Part shown: piece by piece, positions 1 to 9,179 of the stretch
Layout of the letters: every line of letters begins with the position of its first letter
Numbering within the stretch: position 1 is the stretch's first letter
Assembly: GCA_964346325.1 (NCBI GenBank)
Contig: CAYFUK010000002.1
Location: 1 to 39,117, forward strand
Length of the DNA: 39,117 nucleotides
Reading direction: 5' to 3'
Origin: an uncultured Candidatus Peribacteria bacterium
Lineage (GTDB): Bacteria; Patescibacteriota; Gracilibacteria; UBA1369; PNNO01
Translations under genes and position numbers: made by a program
Notes under the pieces: model-generated
The model's input: only the letters and a program-made list of their open reading frames with translations
Databases searched by the model: none
What the model was told of the DNA's origin: nothing

Positions 1-1625
1 TGCAGCACGAGAGATTCAGCTTTGTTTCTTATTTCTATACCTTCTTTCTTTTTCTTGTCTTCTTCAGCGTGGGATTCTGCTTCTTTCTTCATCTTCTCGA
101 TTTCATCATCACCTATATTGGAGCTTCCGCTGATTGTTATATGTTGTTCTTTATTTGTTGCTTTATCAACGGCTTTTACATTCAGGATTCCGTTTGCGTC
201 GATATCAAATGTGACTTCAATTTGAGGCACACCTCTTGGTGCGGGCGGAATTCCGTCAAGAATGAATCTACCAAGAGATTTATTGTCAGCCGCCATCGGT
301 CTTTCACCCTGCATAACATGAACTTCAACCGAAGTCTGATTATCCGCAGCGGTTGAGTAAACCTGCGATTTGCTTGTGGGAATTGTCGTGTTTCTCTCAA
401 TCATCGGGGTTGCAACACCTCCGAGTGTTTCGATAGAAAGGGTTAGGGGAGTAACATCCAATAACAGAATGTCTTTAACATCTCCCTGCAATACTCCCGC
501 CTGAAGCGCAGCACCCATTGCCACCACTTCGTCGGGATTAAGCCCTCTGTGTGGTTCTTTGCCGAAAATTTCTTCAACTTTTGCCTGAACAGCGGGCATT
601 CTTGTCATACCTCCAACCAATATTACTTCATTAATATCACTTGCGTAAGTTTTTGCGTCATCCATTGCTTTGCGGCATGGGTCAACGGTTTTTTCAATCA
701 AATCAGCGAAAAGGTCTTCCATTTTTGCCCTGCTGAGTTTGATATTCAGATGTTTAGGGCCGCTTGAATCTGAAGTGATAAACGGAATATTAACATCTGT
801 TTCATGCTGGCTTGAAAGCTCAATTTTTGCTTTTTCAGCCGCATCTTTAAGACGCTGTAGAGCAATTTTGTCTTTGCTTAAATCAACTCCCTGATCTTTT
901 TTGAATTCTTCAACAAGCCAATCCATTATTTGTTGATCAAAGTCATCACCGCCCAGCTGAGTGTTACCGTTTGTACTTAATACTTCAAATTGTTTTTCGC
1001 CTTCAACATTTGCGATTTCAAGAATTGATATATCAAATGTTCCGCCTCCCAAATCATAAACAGCGATTTTTTTGTCTTCTCCTTTTTTATCAAGTCCGTA
1101 AGCAAGTGCGGCAGCCGTAGGTTCGTTTATGATTCTTTCAACTTCGAGTCCCGCGATTTTACCTGCGTCTTTTGTAGCCTGACGCTGGGAGTCGTTAAAG
1201 TATGCCGGAACTGTTATAACGGCTTTTTCAATTTTTCCACCTGTGTATTTTTCCGCATCGGCTTTTAGTTTTTGTAAGATCATAGCCGAAATTTCGGCGG
1301 GTCTGCGCTGTTTGCCTTCAAGAATCATTTCCACTTCACCGGATTTACCTTTTGCACATTTAAAAGGCATTCTTTCGATATCTTTTTTAGATTCATCATA
1401 AGTATGACCAATAAAACGTTTTGCTGAAAAAATTGTATTTTCAGAATTTGTAACAGACTGTCTTTTCGCTGAAACACCGACTAAACGTTCTCCGTCTTTA
1501 ACAGCCACCATAGAAGGTGTTGTCCTATTGCCTTCTGCATTCGGTATAACGGTTGGTTCTCCGCCTTCCATTATTGCCATACAGCAATTTGTTGTTCCTA
1601 AATCAATTCCGAGTATTTTTGACAT
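1..1625 (-). CDS. dnaK: Molecular chaperone DnaK (Hsp70); N-terminal ~541 aa, C-terminus runs off the window start
   Basis: Minus-strand ORF open at the window edge, so absent from the ORF track. My translation from ATG (1623-1625) reads [38 protein letters not shown]...[19 protein letters not shown]...[12 protein letters not shown]...[10 protein letters not shown]...[23 protein letters not shown], which are classical Hsp70 signatures. Confidence 0.97.
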   Translation of the reverse strand, partial: MSKILGIDLGTTNCCMAIMEGGEPTVIPNAEGNRTTPSMVAVKDGERLVGVSAKRQSVTNSENTIFSAKRFIGHTYDESKKDIERMPFKCAKGKSGEVEMILEGKQRRPAEISAMILQKLKADAEKYTGGKIEKAVITVPAYFNDSQRQATKDAGKIAGLEVERIINEPTAAALAYGLDKKGEDKKIAVYDLGGGTFDISILEIANVEGEKQFEVLSTNGNTQLGGDDFDQQIMDWLVEEFKKDQGVDLSKDKIALQRLKDAAEKAKIELSSQHETDVNIPFITSDSSGPKHLNIKLSRAKMEDLFADLIEKTVDPCRKAMDDAKTYASDINEVILVGGMTRMPAVQAKVEEIFGKEPHRGLNPDEVVAMGAALQAGVLQGDVKDILLLDVTPLTLSIETLGGVATPMIERNTTIPTSKSQVYSTAADNQTSVEVHVMQGERPMAADNKSLGRFILDGIPPAPRGVPQIEVTFDIDANGILNVKAVDKATNKEQHITISGSSNIGDDEIEKMKKEAESHAEEDKKKKEGIEIRNKAESLVL

Positions 1626-1648
1626 TTTTAATTTGGTTAATTTTAATG

Positions 1649-1675
1649 TTAGCACTCTCTATTATAGAGTGCCAA
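1649..1675 (-). promoter_or_regulatory. CIRCE operator (HrcA binding site) in front of dnaK
   Basis: Plus strand reads TTAGCACTC-tctattata-GAGTGCCAA, versus the CIRCE consensus TTAGCACTC-N9-GAGTGCTAA (one mismatch). It lies 24 nt upstream of the dnaK ATG. Confidence 0.85.
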
Positions 1676-1689
1676 TTATATGACGTCAA
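1661..1689 (-). promoter_or_regulatory. Sigma-70-type promoter for dnaK (TTGACG-17 nt-TATAAT), with the -10 inside the CIRCE spacer
   Basis: Minus strand reads cTTGACGtcatataattggcactcTATAATagagagtgctaac. The hexamers are near-consensus with 17-nt spacing. Confidence 0.6.
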
Positions 1690-1696
1690 GAAATTT

Positions 1697-2188
1697 TTAA
1701 GTACCGTCTCCGACTTTAACTTTAGCCGGTTTTAAAGCTTCTTCTCCGAGCATGTAGCCGCCTTCAAACTCTTCCGTAATTACATCTTTTTCACCCGGGC
1801 CGCTTGCAACAGCTTCATGAAGGTTGGGGTTAAATTTTTCACCCGCGGTTTTCATTTTTTTAATATTGAATTTTTCCATAATCTGTTCAAATTGTTTCAC
1901 TATTGAATCAATTCCTTTTGCCCAGTCATTATCTTTTAAGTCTTCGGGTATATTTTGTTTTGCTCTTTCAAAACTGTCAAAAACAGGCAGGATTTCCAAA
2001 AAAACATTGGCACAAGCAAACTTCGCGAATCGTTCTTTTTCTTCTTCCATTCTTCTTTTGGAATTCTGAAGTTCGGCGGTTGCACGTTTGGCGGTATCCG
2101 TCAGTTCTTCGATTTTTGAATTTGCCTGTTCCAGTTTCTGACCCAGTTTTATTAATTCCGGATTTATCTTTTCCTTTTCATCATTCAT
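1697..2188 (-). CDS. grpE: Nucleotide exchange factor GrpE (short, 163 aa)
   Basis: Sits between hrcA and dnaK. It has an N-terminal coiled coil (ELQNSKRRMEEEKERFAKFA), then ...LPVFDSFERA...GIDSIVKQFEQIMEKFNIKKM...GEKFNPNLHEAV, typical of GrpE. Confidence 0.9.
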   Translation of the reverse strand: MNDEKEKINPELIKLGQKLEQANSKIEELTDTAKRATAELQNSKRRMEEEKERFAKFACANVFLEILPVFDSFERAKQNIPEDLKDNDWAKGIDSIVKQFEQIMEKFNIKKMKTAGEKFNPNLHEAVASGPGEKDVITEEFEGGYMLGEEALKPAKVKVGDGT

Positions 2189-2199
2189 TTTATATAAGG

Positions 2200-2910
2200 T
2201 TATTTGTTTAATAAAGATTTAACTTCTTCAAGTACGGCTCTGTTAAAGGGATAATTCATCCTTGTAGGCCCCAGTATGCCCATATATCCCTTAAATCCGT
2301 CTTTTTCATATGTGGTAACCATAAGAGTGCAACTGTGAATTTGTTCCAATATGTTTTCTTTTCCGATAAAACTTTTAACGGAATCATCAGTATCAAGTTT
2401 TTCCAAAAGCCTTCTGAAATAATCATCACGCTCAAGAACTTCTATTACCTGGCTTGCATTTATACTTTGACTAATAAATTCAGGCTGCTTTAAAGCATTG
2501 GCAATGCCCAAATAAAAAGTTCTTTCATTGTCCGGTGTTGTTGCGAAACTAACATTTTCGGTTGCTCTGGAAATAAGATTAACAGCATCGTAAATTTGTT
2601 CTTTTATTTTTTCTACATGATACTGTTTGCGAATTATTTTTAATTTTGAGAGTGCATTTTTTTTGGCTTCTTTATAATCGGCTATTTCATCGACATAAAG
2701 TCTGTAACCTTCATCAGTGGGAATACGTCCCGCGGAAGTATAAGGTTGATAAATAAGACCTTCCTTTTCGAGATTGGCCATATCATTCCGAATAGTTGCC
2801 GGACTTACATCGAATCTGTAACTTACCAGAATGGTTTTACTGCCAACAGGTTCGGCGGTTTGAACAAAGTGTTTAACTATTGCTTTTAATATTTTCTGTT
2901 TTCTGTCCAT
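2200..2910 (-). CDS. hrcA: Heat-inducible transcription repressor HrcA (236 aa from MDRKQK; the ORF-track start at 2931 is a GTG inside CIRCE and is unlikely)
   Basis: N-terminal w[77 protein letters not shown] and C-terminal [20 protein letters not shown] are HrcA hallmarks. The order hrcA-grpE-dnaK is the classical operon order. Confidence 0.9.
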   Translation of the reverse strand: MDRKQKILKAIVKHFVQTAEPVGSKTILVSYRFDVSPATIRNDMANLEKEGLIYQPYTSAGRIPTDEGYRLYVDEIADYKEAKKNALSKLKIIRKQYHVEKIKEQIYDAVNLISRATENVSFATTPDNERTFYLGIANALKQPEFISQSINASQVIEVLERDDYFRRLLEKLDTDDSVKSFIGKENILEQIHSCTLMVTTYEKDGFKGYMGILGPTRMNYPFNRAVLEEVKSLLNK

Positions 2911-2924
2911 AATTACAGATTGAA

Positions 2925-2951
2925 TTAGCACTTGTTATTATATAGTGCTAA
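2925..2951 (-). promoter_or_regulatory. CIRCE operator upstream of hrcA
   Basis: TTAGCACTT-gttattata-TAGTGCTAA, with one mismatch per arm to TTAGCACTC-N9-GAGTGCTAA. It lies 15 nt upstream of the hrcA ATG at 2910. Confidence 0.8.
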
Positions 2952-2964
2952 TTATTTTTTTCAA
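2937..2964 (-). promoter_or_regulatory. Putative hrcA operon promoter (TTGAAA-16 nt-TATAAT), with the -10 inside the CIRCE spacer
   Basis: Minus strand reads TTGAAAaaaataattagcactaTATAAT. It has the same architecture as the dnaK promoter. Confidence 0.5.
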
Positions 2965-2971
2965 TATTTTA

Positions 2972-3016
2972 TTAAAAATGCCGGGTCTGGTTCAATAATG
3001 AACCAATGTCCCCGGC
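2972..3016 (-). terminator. Rho-independent terminator downstream of the 166-aa ORF
   Basis: Compound hairpin GCCGGG-tct-GGTTCA-ataa-TGAACC-aatgtc-CCCGGC (2980-3016). On the minus strand it is followed by aTTTTTa. Confidence 0.5.
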
Positions 3017-3044
3017 TAAGTTGGCGATAGCTAAAAAAGAGCAA

Positions 3045-3545
3045 TTACAAACTGATAAAAGGACCAAGAGCAACACAGGACTTTCGGATTAACAACCAGG
3101 CTTTTTCCACTTCAAGTTTAGAGAAAAGCGGAATATCCGCCGGATTAACCACTGTATTAAAGGTTGCTTTATTAAGCATATGCCCTTCTCTTTTTTCGCA
3201 GAATTCAAGAAATTTAAGTACCAATTCTTCAGACGGTATTCTTTGGTTATTCCTTTTACGCTCCAAAGAACCCAGAAAAATAGTTGCCTGCAGCGGTATT
3301 GTTACAAACTGAGTTGGAAGAAAATGCCAGATTTGGTCTACTTTCAGGTTGTCAGGGAAAAATTCCCTGATTAGTTTTCTTGCTACTCTTCTTACTTCTT
3401 CTTCGTTATTAATAACTCCTTCCAGCTTCCGCATGTATTTCATGGGCTCGGTGACTGCGATGTGATCTGCGACCTGTTTTTGCAACTTGTCTCTCCTGCA
3501 GCGGTTTGTTCCCGGAATTGCCTTTTCAAGCATCATTTCGTACAA
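3045..3545 (-). CDS. Hypothetical protein (166 aa), no recognisable motif; probably co-transcribed with gap
   Basis: Clean ORF starting 41 nt downstream of the gap stop and followed by a terminator hairpin. No TM segment or signal peptide. Confidence 0.6.
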   Translation of the reverse strand: MYEMMLEKAIPGTNRCRRDKLQKQVADHIAVTEPMKYMRKLEGVINNEEEVRRVARKLIREFFPDNLKVDQIWHFLPTQFVTIPLQATIFLGSLERKRNNQRIPSEELVLKFLEFCEKREGHMLNKATFNTVVNPADIPLFSKLEVEKAWLLIRKSCVALGPFISL

Positions 3546-3586
3546 AAAATAAGCTTAATAAATTTTCTTATAAAGTCAATATGTAA

Positions 3587-4591
3587 TTACATTTTACTGC
3601 CGATATAGGCTGCCATATCAACTGTTCTTTCGGAATAACCCCATTCATTGTCGTACCATGCAATTACTTTTACCATATTGCCTATTACTTTTGTTGATAA
3701 AGCATCAATAACCGCCGAATAATGTGTTCCTTTGTAATCCACACTGACCAAAGGGTCTTCACTGTATCCTAAAATATCTTTCAAATTATCTTGTGAAGCT
3801 TCTTTTAACACTTTGTTAACTTCTTCTTCAGATACTTCTTTTTCTACATTGCACACAAAATCTACAAGAGAAACAGTCGGTAAAGGCACTCTTATAGCCA
3901 TACCATCAAGTTTGCCTTTAATTTCAGGGTAAACAAGTTCAACAGCTTTTGCGGCACCTGTTGTTGTCGGTATCATTGAACTTATTGCCGCCCTCGAACG
4001 TCTGAAGTCTTTACTTGAAGCATCAAGAATATTTTGTGAAGTTGTTACGGCATGAACAGTTGTTAACAAACCTTTCTCAATACCAAAAGCCTCGTTTAAA
4101 ACTTTAATCACGGGAGCGGCACAATTGGTGGTGCATGAAGCATTTGAAATAATCTGATCTTTTTCAGTATGCAAATCGTTCTCATTAACTCCCATCAATA
4201 AGGTTCTGTCGATATTTTTACCCGGAGCGGTAATTAACACTTTTTTAGCGCCGGCCTGAAGATGTTTGCTTGCGCCTTCACGGTCTCTGAAAACTCCCGT
4301 TGCTTCAATTACAATATCAATATCATTTTCCGCATGTTCAAGTTCTTCGGGTTTTCTTGTGTGATAAACTTTTATGGATTTTCCGTTAACTTTAATTTCA
4401 TTATCATTCACTATTTCAACATCACCTTCAAACGGTCCGTAAGACGAGTCGTGTTTAAGCAGATGAACAAGCATTTCAACTTTATTCGGATCATTTATTC
4501 CTATAACATCGAGTTTGTTTCGCATTGCATTAATACGAAAAACCAGCCGGCCGATTCTTCCGAAGCCGTTGATAAATACTTTTGGTTTCAT
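3587..4591 (-). CDS. gap: Type I glyceraldehyde-3-phosphate dehydrogenase
   Basis: INGFGRIGRLVFR Rossmann motif, the catalytic SNASCTTNCAAP segment and a WYDNEWGYS C-terminal motif. Confidence 0.95.
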   Translation of the reverse strand: MKPKVFINGFGRIGRLVFRINAMRNKLDVIGINDPNKVEMLVHLLKHDSSYGPFEGDVEIVNDNEIKVNGKSIKVYHTRKPEELEHAENDIDIVIEATGVFRDREGASKHLQAGAKKVLITAPGKNIDRTLLMGVNENDLHTEKDQIISNASCTTNCAAPVIKVLNEAFGIEKGLLTTVHAVTTSQNILDASSKDFRRSRAAISSMIPTTTGAAKAVELVYPEIKGKLDGMAIRVPLPTVSLVDFVCNVEKEVSEEEVNKVLKEASQDNLKDILGYSEDPLVSVDYKGTHYSAVIDALSTKVIGNMVKVIAWYDNEWGYSERTVDMAAYIGSKM

Positions 4592-4606
4592 AATAAATTA
4601 GTTAGG

Positions 4607-4635
4607 TTGCGTGCATAGTAATAGCGCAGTAGAAT
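4607..4635 (+). promoter_or_regulatory. Putative promoter for tsaC (TTGCGT-17 nt-TAGAAT)
   Basis: Hexamers with 17-nt spacing, 25 nt upstream of the ATG at 4660. Chance matches are frequent in AT-rich DNA. Confidence 0.35.
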
Positions 4636-4659
4636 GGTTTCGGTCAATAACAAATCATT

Positions 4660-5268
4660 ATGAAAAGGTTGACAGTTAAAGGAGATAAATGGGGAACTAC
4701 AGTGGAAGAGGAGTTTGTCCGGACACTGGACAAGGGAGGTATTGTTTTACATCCTACGGAAACATGCTATGGACTCGCGGTTGATATTTTTAACGAGGAT
4801 GCAATCGAAAAACTTTATCAATTAAAAAAAATGCATCAGTTTAAACCTGTAAGTATCGTAGTCGGTGATATTGAGGATGCCAGGCACTGGGGTGAAGTAA
4901 AAGGCGATTCTCTGGAATTAATGAAAAGATTTTGGCCGGGCCCTTATACTTTTATTGTTAACAGATCTTCAGCAATACCAAGGTTTTTTAATAAAGGTAA
5001 TGAAAAAGTGGGCTTAAGAAACCCCGAATATGAAAGTCTGCTGAATTGTACAAAAAAGCTTGGACATCCCTTTACCACAACTTCCGCCAATATCTCGGGC
5101 AAGTCGGAAACATATGCTGTTGAAGATTTTTTTACACAATATAAAAGCAATCAAATGACTCATGAACCCGATTTGATTATTGACGGAGGTTTTATAGGTG
5201 TTCAGGAACCGAGCACGGTTTATGATTGCGTTGATGATAATTTAATAAGAGGGGAGATAGATATCTAA
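4660..5268 (+). CDS. tsaC: L-threonylcarbamoyladenylate synthase, YrdC/TsaC family
   Basis: GGIVLHPTETCYGLAVD...FKPVSIVV...FWPGPYTFIV...TTSANISG are YrdC-domain motifs. At 202 aa it is a single-domain protein. Confidence 0.85.
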   Translation: MKRLTVKGDKWGTTVEEEFVRTLDKGGIVLHPTETCYGLAVDIFNEDAIEKLYQLKKMHQFKPVSIVVGDIEDARHWGEVKGDSLELMKRFWPGPYTFIVNRSSAIPRFFNKGNEKVGLRNPEYESLLNCTKKLGHPFTTTSANISGKSETYAVEDFFTQYKSNQMTHEPDLIIDGGFIGVQEPSTVYDCVDDNLIRGEIDI

Positions 5269-6212
5269 ATATCATGGAAATAAAGTATTTTTAATACTGC
5301 ATAAATAATAAAAGCCACTATTAATAATGCAGATTCTCTTTTTCGAAGTTTTTCTTTATATCTGAATAAAACCAAAACCAAAACAGATAAAATCAATAAA
5401 GCGGGTATATCGAATATTATTATTTCTCTGCTGATTTTAAGTTCCGCAATTACAGCCGCTGCTCCTATGGGAATCAGTGTATCAAAAATATTACTTCCGA
5501 TAAGATTACCAACTGCAATTTCTCCGGCCTTTTTTCTTATGGCAGTAATCGAAATTGCAAGTTCAGGCAGGCTTGTGCCCAGGCCGAGTAGCAAAACACC
5601 TATTAATGATTGCGAAAGATTGAATTTTTCACTTAGAGCTACGGCGTTATCCAATGTTAGATTTGAGGCTCCGTATAATAAGGCAAACCCGCCAAGCAGA
5701 GAAAGCGTTGACCATAGAATATGAAGCTTTGGCGGTAAAATAACTCTCTCTTTAACTTTTTCTTCTCTGTATAAGCTGATAACATAAAAAATATAAATTA
5801 TTATAAGTATCAAACCTTCGATTCTTGTGATATCTCCGTTAAAACTTACAAGAAAAAGCAAAACCGTAGATGTGATTAAAACAAGTCCGTCTCTGTAAAT
5901 TTGTTTTTTTGTTAATTTGAGTACGGCAAATAAACCGACTATCCCCATTGTTAGTCCGATTTGTCCGAAATTGCTTCCAATAACATCACCCACAATTATT
6001 CCTGAAGTTTCTGTTCCTCCCAGCCTGTTAAAGGCGCCCTGAATATTTATAAAAAGTTCGGGCAGATCACTACCGAAAGAAAGTATGGTGAGGCCGAGAA
6101 TCAGGTTTGATATTTTATAATGCTTGCCAATATTCAAAGCCCCTCTTGTAACGAGTTCAGCTCCGATTAAAAGTCCGGATATTCCCAGAATCAGAAGTAA
6201 TGTTTCTGTCAT
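5265..6212 (-). CDS. Ca2+/cation antiporter (CaCA family, YrbG-like Na+/Ca2+ exchanger)
   Basis: Polytopic membrane protein carrying the two alpha-repeat signatures GSDLPELFINI and GTSLPELAISI. Confidence 0.85.
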   Translation of the reverse strand: MTETLLLILGISGLLIGAELVTRGALNIGKHYKISNLILGLTILSFGSDLPELFINIQGAFNRLGGTETSGIIVGDVIGSNFGQIGLTMGIVGLFAVLKLTKKQIYRDGLVLITSTVLLFLVSFNGDITRIEGLILIIIYIFYVISLYREEKVKERVILPPKLHILWSTLSLLGGFALLYGASNLTLDNAVALSEKFNLSQSLIGVLLLGLGTSLPELAISITAIRKKAGEIAVGNLIGSNIFDTLIPIGAAAVIAELKISREIIIFDIPALLILSVLVLVLFRYKEKLRKRESALLIVAFIIYAVLKILYFHDI

Positions 6213-6243
6213 ATTTTAATAATAACATGAAAACCGCTTTGTT

Positions 6244-6271
6244 TTGTAAATATAATAAGTTGTTGTATAAT
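6244..6271 (+). promoter_or_regulatory. Putative promoter (TTGTAA-16 nt-TATAAT) for the SLH protein gene
   Basis: Hexamers read directly from the sequence, 29 nt upstream of the ATG at 6300. Confidence 0.35.
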
Positions 6272-6299
6272 TTTCACCAAGTACCAATAACCCGATGAA

Positions 6300-8483
6300 A
6301 TGAAAAAAATAAGTATGCTTTTTATTATGGCAGGCTTCTTTATTAGTTCAGTTACGGTAAATGCTGCATTAATAACATCAGAAGATACACCTCCGCCATT
6401 AATGAATTTATGGGCTGCTGACGATAATTATCAAACCGCTTTGGCATGGGCCTTTGAGAATAATGTTCTTACAGGCGACGGAACAACAGGTGACATTAGA
6501 CCAACAGATTGTGTGAAAAGAGCTGAAATATTAAAAATGCTTTATAATGTGCTTAAGATTGAAACCGACGGTGCGCAGGCAGAGCTTTTTTCAGACACTT
6601 ATGCGGATCAGTGGTACGCTGATTATGTAAAAAAAGCACGAGAAAAAAACACTGTTAAAGGTTACCCGGATGGAACTTTCAGACCCGCACAATGTGTGAA
6701 CAGGGTTGAAGCTTTAAAGATGGCTCTTTTGGAATTTCCCAATATAAATGCCGAAAGTGTAGCTTTAAATAGTTATGCCGATGTTTCTCCGGAGGAGTGG
6801 TATTACCAGTATGCCAGTTATGCTATTTCAAATAATTTTGTTGGATTGAAGCATACAACCCGGACCCCTGATTATACAAAAATGAATTATTTTCCCGGGG
6901 ATTCAATGACCAGAGAAGAATTTGCTGAAATGCTATACAGGTTAAAAACAGTTCAGGATAATGGTTTGATTGGTTATGATTCTTCTTATGGCCCTGAAAA
7001 CGTTATTACAACCACTGTAAAGGATTATAATTTGGAACCGGAAGAATTTTTTGATTATGAAACCCCATTGTTCGCAGTTTTGGATACAAGAAACGAAGGT
7101 CTTGTAAGTATATTGGATGGATATCTGAATCAATCTCCCGCCGGTGATGCCGAAGGTTTTATTGAAGTGGCACTTGAGGATTTAACAGATGAGTTGTTAA
7201 AAGCAAATTTGAATTATGAAGATGATCTGGCTCCTGCTTTTGAAGGTGGTTTTGAACTTATGTATGGTCAGAATTTACTAATAACGGTAAGCAATTCTAC
7301 CGCTCTAAATTCGGTTATTGATAAAATGGCTGAACTGGATGATTATTCAAAATCGAATTTATTCGGTTTTAACACTTTTACTAACGAAAAAGAGCAAATT
7401 TATTTAGCTTATACAGATGATGTATTGGTTGCATGGCCCAGTTTTTCAGCAAGATATCTTTCACTTCAGAGTATAAAAAACGATGAACAAAATCTTTTAC
7501 AAAATACTGATTATACACAATACGAAGATACAGTTCCTTATCCGAATGTTGGAACCTTTTACTTTAATATGACAACAACAGGCGAGTCGGGTATTTTTGC
7601 ATTGGTTCCGGATACTGAAGGATTAAAATTCCATTATAGAATGGAAGGTTATGGAAACAGTGCATCAAAAGTTCCATATATGTATCAAAATCTACCTGCA
7701 AACAATATTTTGCTTTATGGAGAAAATTACGGCCTTGCTGACAGAACAACTTCTCTTGGTTATGACACTATCACTGAATTGAAAAATGAAGGAATTATAG
7801 TTAGTGATGGTGAATGGCTTAATAAGGGTTTCGCTTTATTAATACAGGATACGGGGTCTCTGATTCCGGGAATTTCATATTATTTTGACGCAGACGGATA
7901 TTTACCACAGGCTGAAGATGACCTGGAAGCATTTAACGGTTTGGTTGACCAAATGATTACTGAAATGCAGGCTGAAGATGCTGATTTAGCTAATTTGATA
8001 AATAAAGACACGGTAAATTTTGACGGTGCGAATTTGTATCGTGTGACAATTGACATTGCATCGCTTCCTCGGGAGGAACTTGATGAATTAGCTGTATTTG
8101 CTGACTTTTTCACAACACCGCTCGAATTTTATTATGGAATTACCAGTGATGATTATGTGGTACTTGCATTATATTCAGGTTTTGATTCCGTATATGGTCA
8201 GGTTCCGGCTATTTCCGAAGATCGGAATATTGCCGAAGGCATGAATTATCTTGAAGATTATTCAAATGGTATGAGCTATGTTTCTGTAGCCAATATGGTT
8301 AATTATATTGACGAATTGGTCCTGGCAATTGAAGAAAGCACCGAACCAATGTCTGTTGATACCAAAGAATCATATAATGAATTTATGTCATATTTTGATA
8401 TCGTAGAATATATTATAACAGGCGAAAAAGAGTTTGAGGATTTTGCCGGTGGTTTAATGTTTGTAAAAATGAATTCAGAATAG
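6300..8483 (+). CDS. Secreted S-layer-homology (SLH) domain protein with a large acidic C-terminal region of unknown function
   Basis: Signal peptide MKKISMLFIMAGFFISSVTVNA. Three SLH-like repeats follow, e.g. FSDTYADQWYADYVKKAREKNTVKGYPDGTFRPAQCVNRVEALKM. The next ~500 aa are D/E/Y-rich with no motif I recognise. Confidence 0.85.
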   Translation: MKKISMLFIMAGFFISSVTVNAALITSEDTPPPLMNLWAADDNYQTALAWAFENNVLTGDGTTGDIRPTDCVKRAEILKMLYNVLKIETDGAQAELFSDTYADQWYADYVKKAREKNTVKGYPDGTFRPAQCVNRVEALKMALLEFPNINAESVALNSYADVSPEEWYYQYASYAISNNFVGLKHTTRTPDYTKMNYFPGDSMTREEFAEMLYRLKTVQDNGLIGYDSSYGPENVITTTVKDYNLEPEEFFDYETPLFAVLDTRNEGLVSILDGYLNQSPAGDAEGFIEVALEDLTDELLKANLNYEDDLAPAFEGGFELMYGQNLLITVSNSTALNSVIDKMAELDDYSKSNLFGFNTFTNEKEQIYLAYTDDVLVAWPSFSARYLSLQSIKNDEQNLLQNTDYTQYEDTVPYPNVGTFYFNMTTTGESGIFALVPDTEGLKFHYRMEGYGNSASKVPYMYQNLPANNILLYGENYGLADRTTSLGYDTITELKNEGIIVSDGEWLNKGFALLIQDTGSLIPGISYYFDADGYLPQAEDDLEAFNGLVDQMITEMQAEDADLANLINKDTVNFDGANLYRVTIDIASLPREELDELAVFADFFTTPLEFYYGITSDDYVVLALYSGFDSVYGQVPAISEDRNIAEGMNYLEDYSNGMSYVSVANMVNYIDELVLAIEESTEPMSVDTKESYNEFMSYFDIVEYIITGEKEFEDFAGGLMFVKMNSE

Positions 8484-8936
8484 ATTTATAACTCCCGTTA
8501 TACCGAGTGTAATAAGAGTTGCGGCAATAATTAATCCCATAGATATATAGCTGATTGCTTTCCAGTATTTAATGCCGAATAAAAAGGCTACCAAACTTCC
8601 TGTCCAGGCACCGCTTCCGGGTAATGGTATGGAAACAAATAAAATAAGGAATATGGGTCCGTATTTTTCTATAGCGTCTTTATGTTTGTCATGAGTTCTT
8701 TTATATAATTTGTTAAAGAATTGTTCAAAAAATGCGATATGACGCGATAAAAATTCAGAAATGGGTTCAAGTACCCAAAGTATAAAAAATGTAGGTATTA
8801 AATTGCCTATCAATGCATATATAAACGTGGTTTCAGCGGGAAGATTAAGTATAAAGCCTAAAGGAATCGCTCCGCGCAGTTCCGTTACAGGCAGCATTGC
8901 AGAAAAAAACACTAATAATTCAGGGGGTATGTTCAA
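8475..8936 (-). CDS. Small integral membrane protein, COG2426 / 'small multidrug export'-like family
   Basis: 153 aa with four predicted TM helices. The N-terminal motif LPVTELRGAIPLG is as I remember it for this family. The family assignment is from memory. Confidence 0.55.
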   Translation of the reverse strand: MNIPPELLVFFSAMLPVTELRGAIPLGFILNLPAETTFIYALIGNLIPTFFILWVLEPISEFLSRHIAFFEQFFNKLYKRTHDKHKDAIEKYGPIFLILFVSIPLPGSGAWTGSLVAFLFGIKYWKAISYISMGLIIAATLITLGITGVINLF

Positions 8937-9150
8937 AAGTTTTATACTTATTTAATAATTCAAACTACTTATTGTTTTATCACAGGGGAAAGCAAAAGCC
9001 AAGTATTATTTATGTATACATTTGTTATACAATAATGTGTCAATTGTTCAACATAAATGTAATTAGTTGGAAAGTGGCTTTATATAAGCAAGTTTTGACT
9101 ACTTCTTTTACATCGGGAGCACAAATTTTATACTAAAAATTTTAATTTTA

Positions 9151-9179
9151 TTGACATTATTAGCTTGAAAGCTTAAATT
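9151..9179 (+). promoter_or_regulatory. Putative promoter for rsmH-ftsL (TTGACA-17 nt-TAAATT)
   Basis: Consensus -35 TTGACA at 9151-9156 and TAAATT at 9174-9179. The spacer contains the palindrome AGCTTgaAAGCT. Confidence 0.45.

Noticed and set aside
22-1735. Plus-strand ORFs in the track (22-225, 69-356, 549-767, 670-894, 1553-1735) and a same-strand out-of-frame ORF (182-400)
   Set aside because: All lie inside or antisense to the dnaK reading frame, whose translation is unmistakably Hsp70. Their products are low-complexity F/S/L-rich shadow translations. The same reasoning removes the many short antisense or out-of-frame ORFs inside grpE, gap, nrdJ, ilvD, mraY, the 756-aa gene and others.
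2911-2931. Upstream alternative starts offered by the ORF track: GTG 2931 for hrcA, 17912 for the pseudouridine synthase, TTG 23788 for comEC, 23718 for the TrmB-like gene, TTG 9231 for rsmH
   Set aside because: Each extension adds non-conserved residues and either runs into an operator or promoter (hrcA into CIRCE) or deep into the preceding gene (17832-17912 inside the LCP gene). The internal ATG codons give N-termini that match the family patterns.
9162-9173. Shared palindrome AGCTTGA(A)AGCT in the rsmH promoter spacer (9162-9173) and in the nrdJ leader (31294-31304) as a common operator
   Set aside because: There are only two occurrences of a 5-bp-arm palindrome, and their positions relative to the genes differ. 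This is too short to distinguish from chance without genome-wide statistics.
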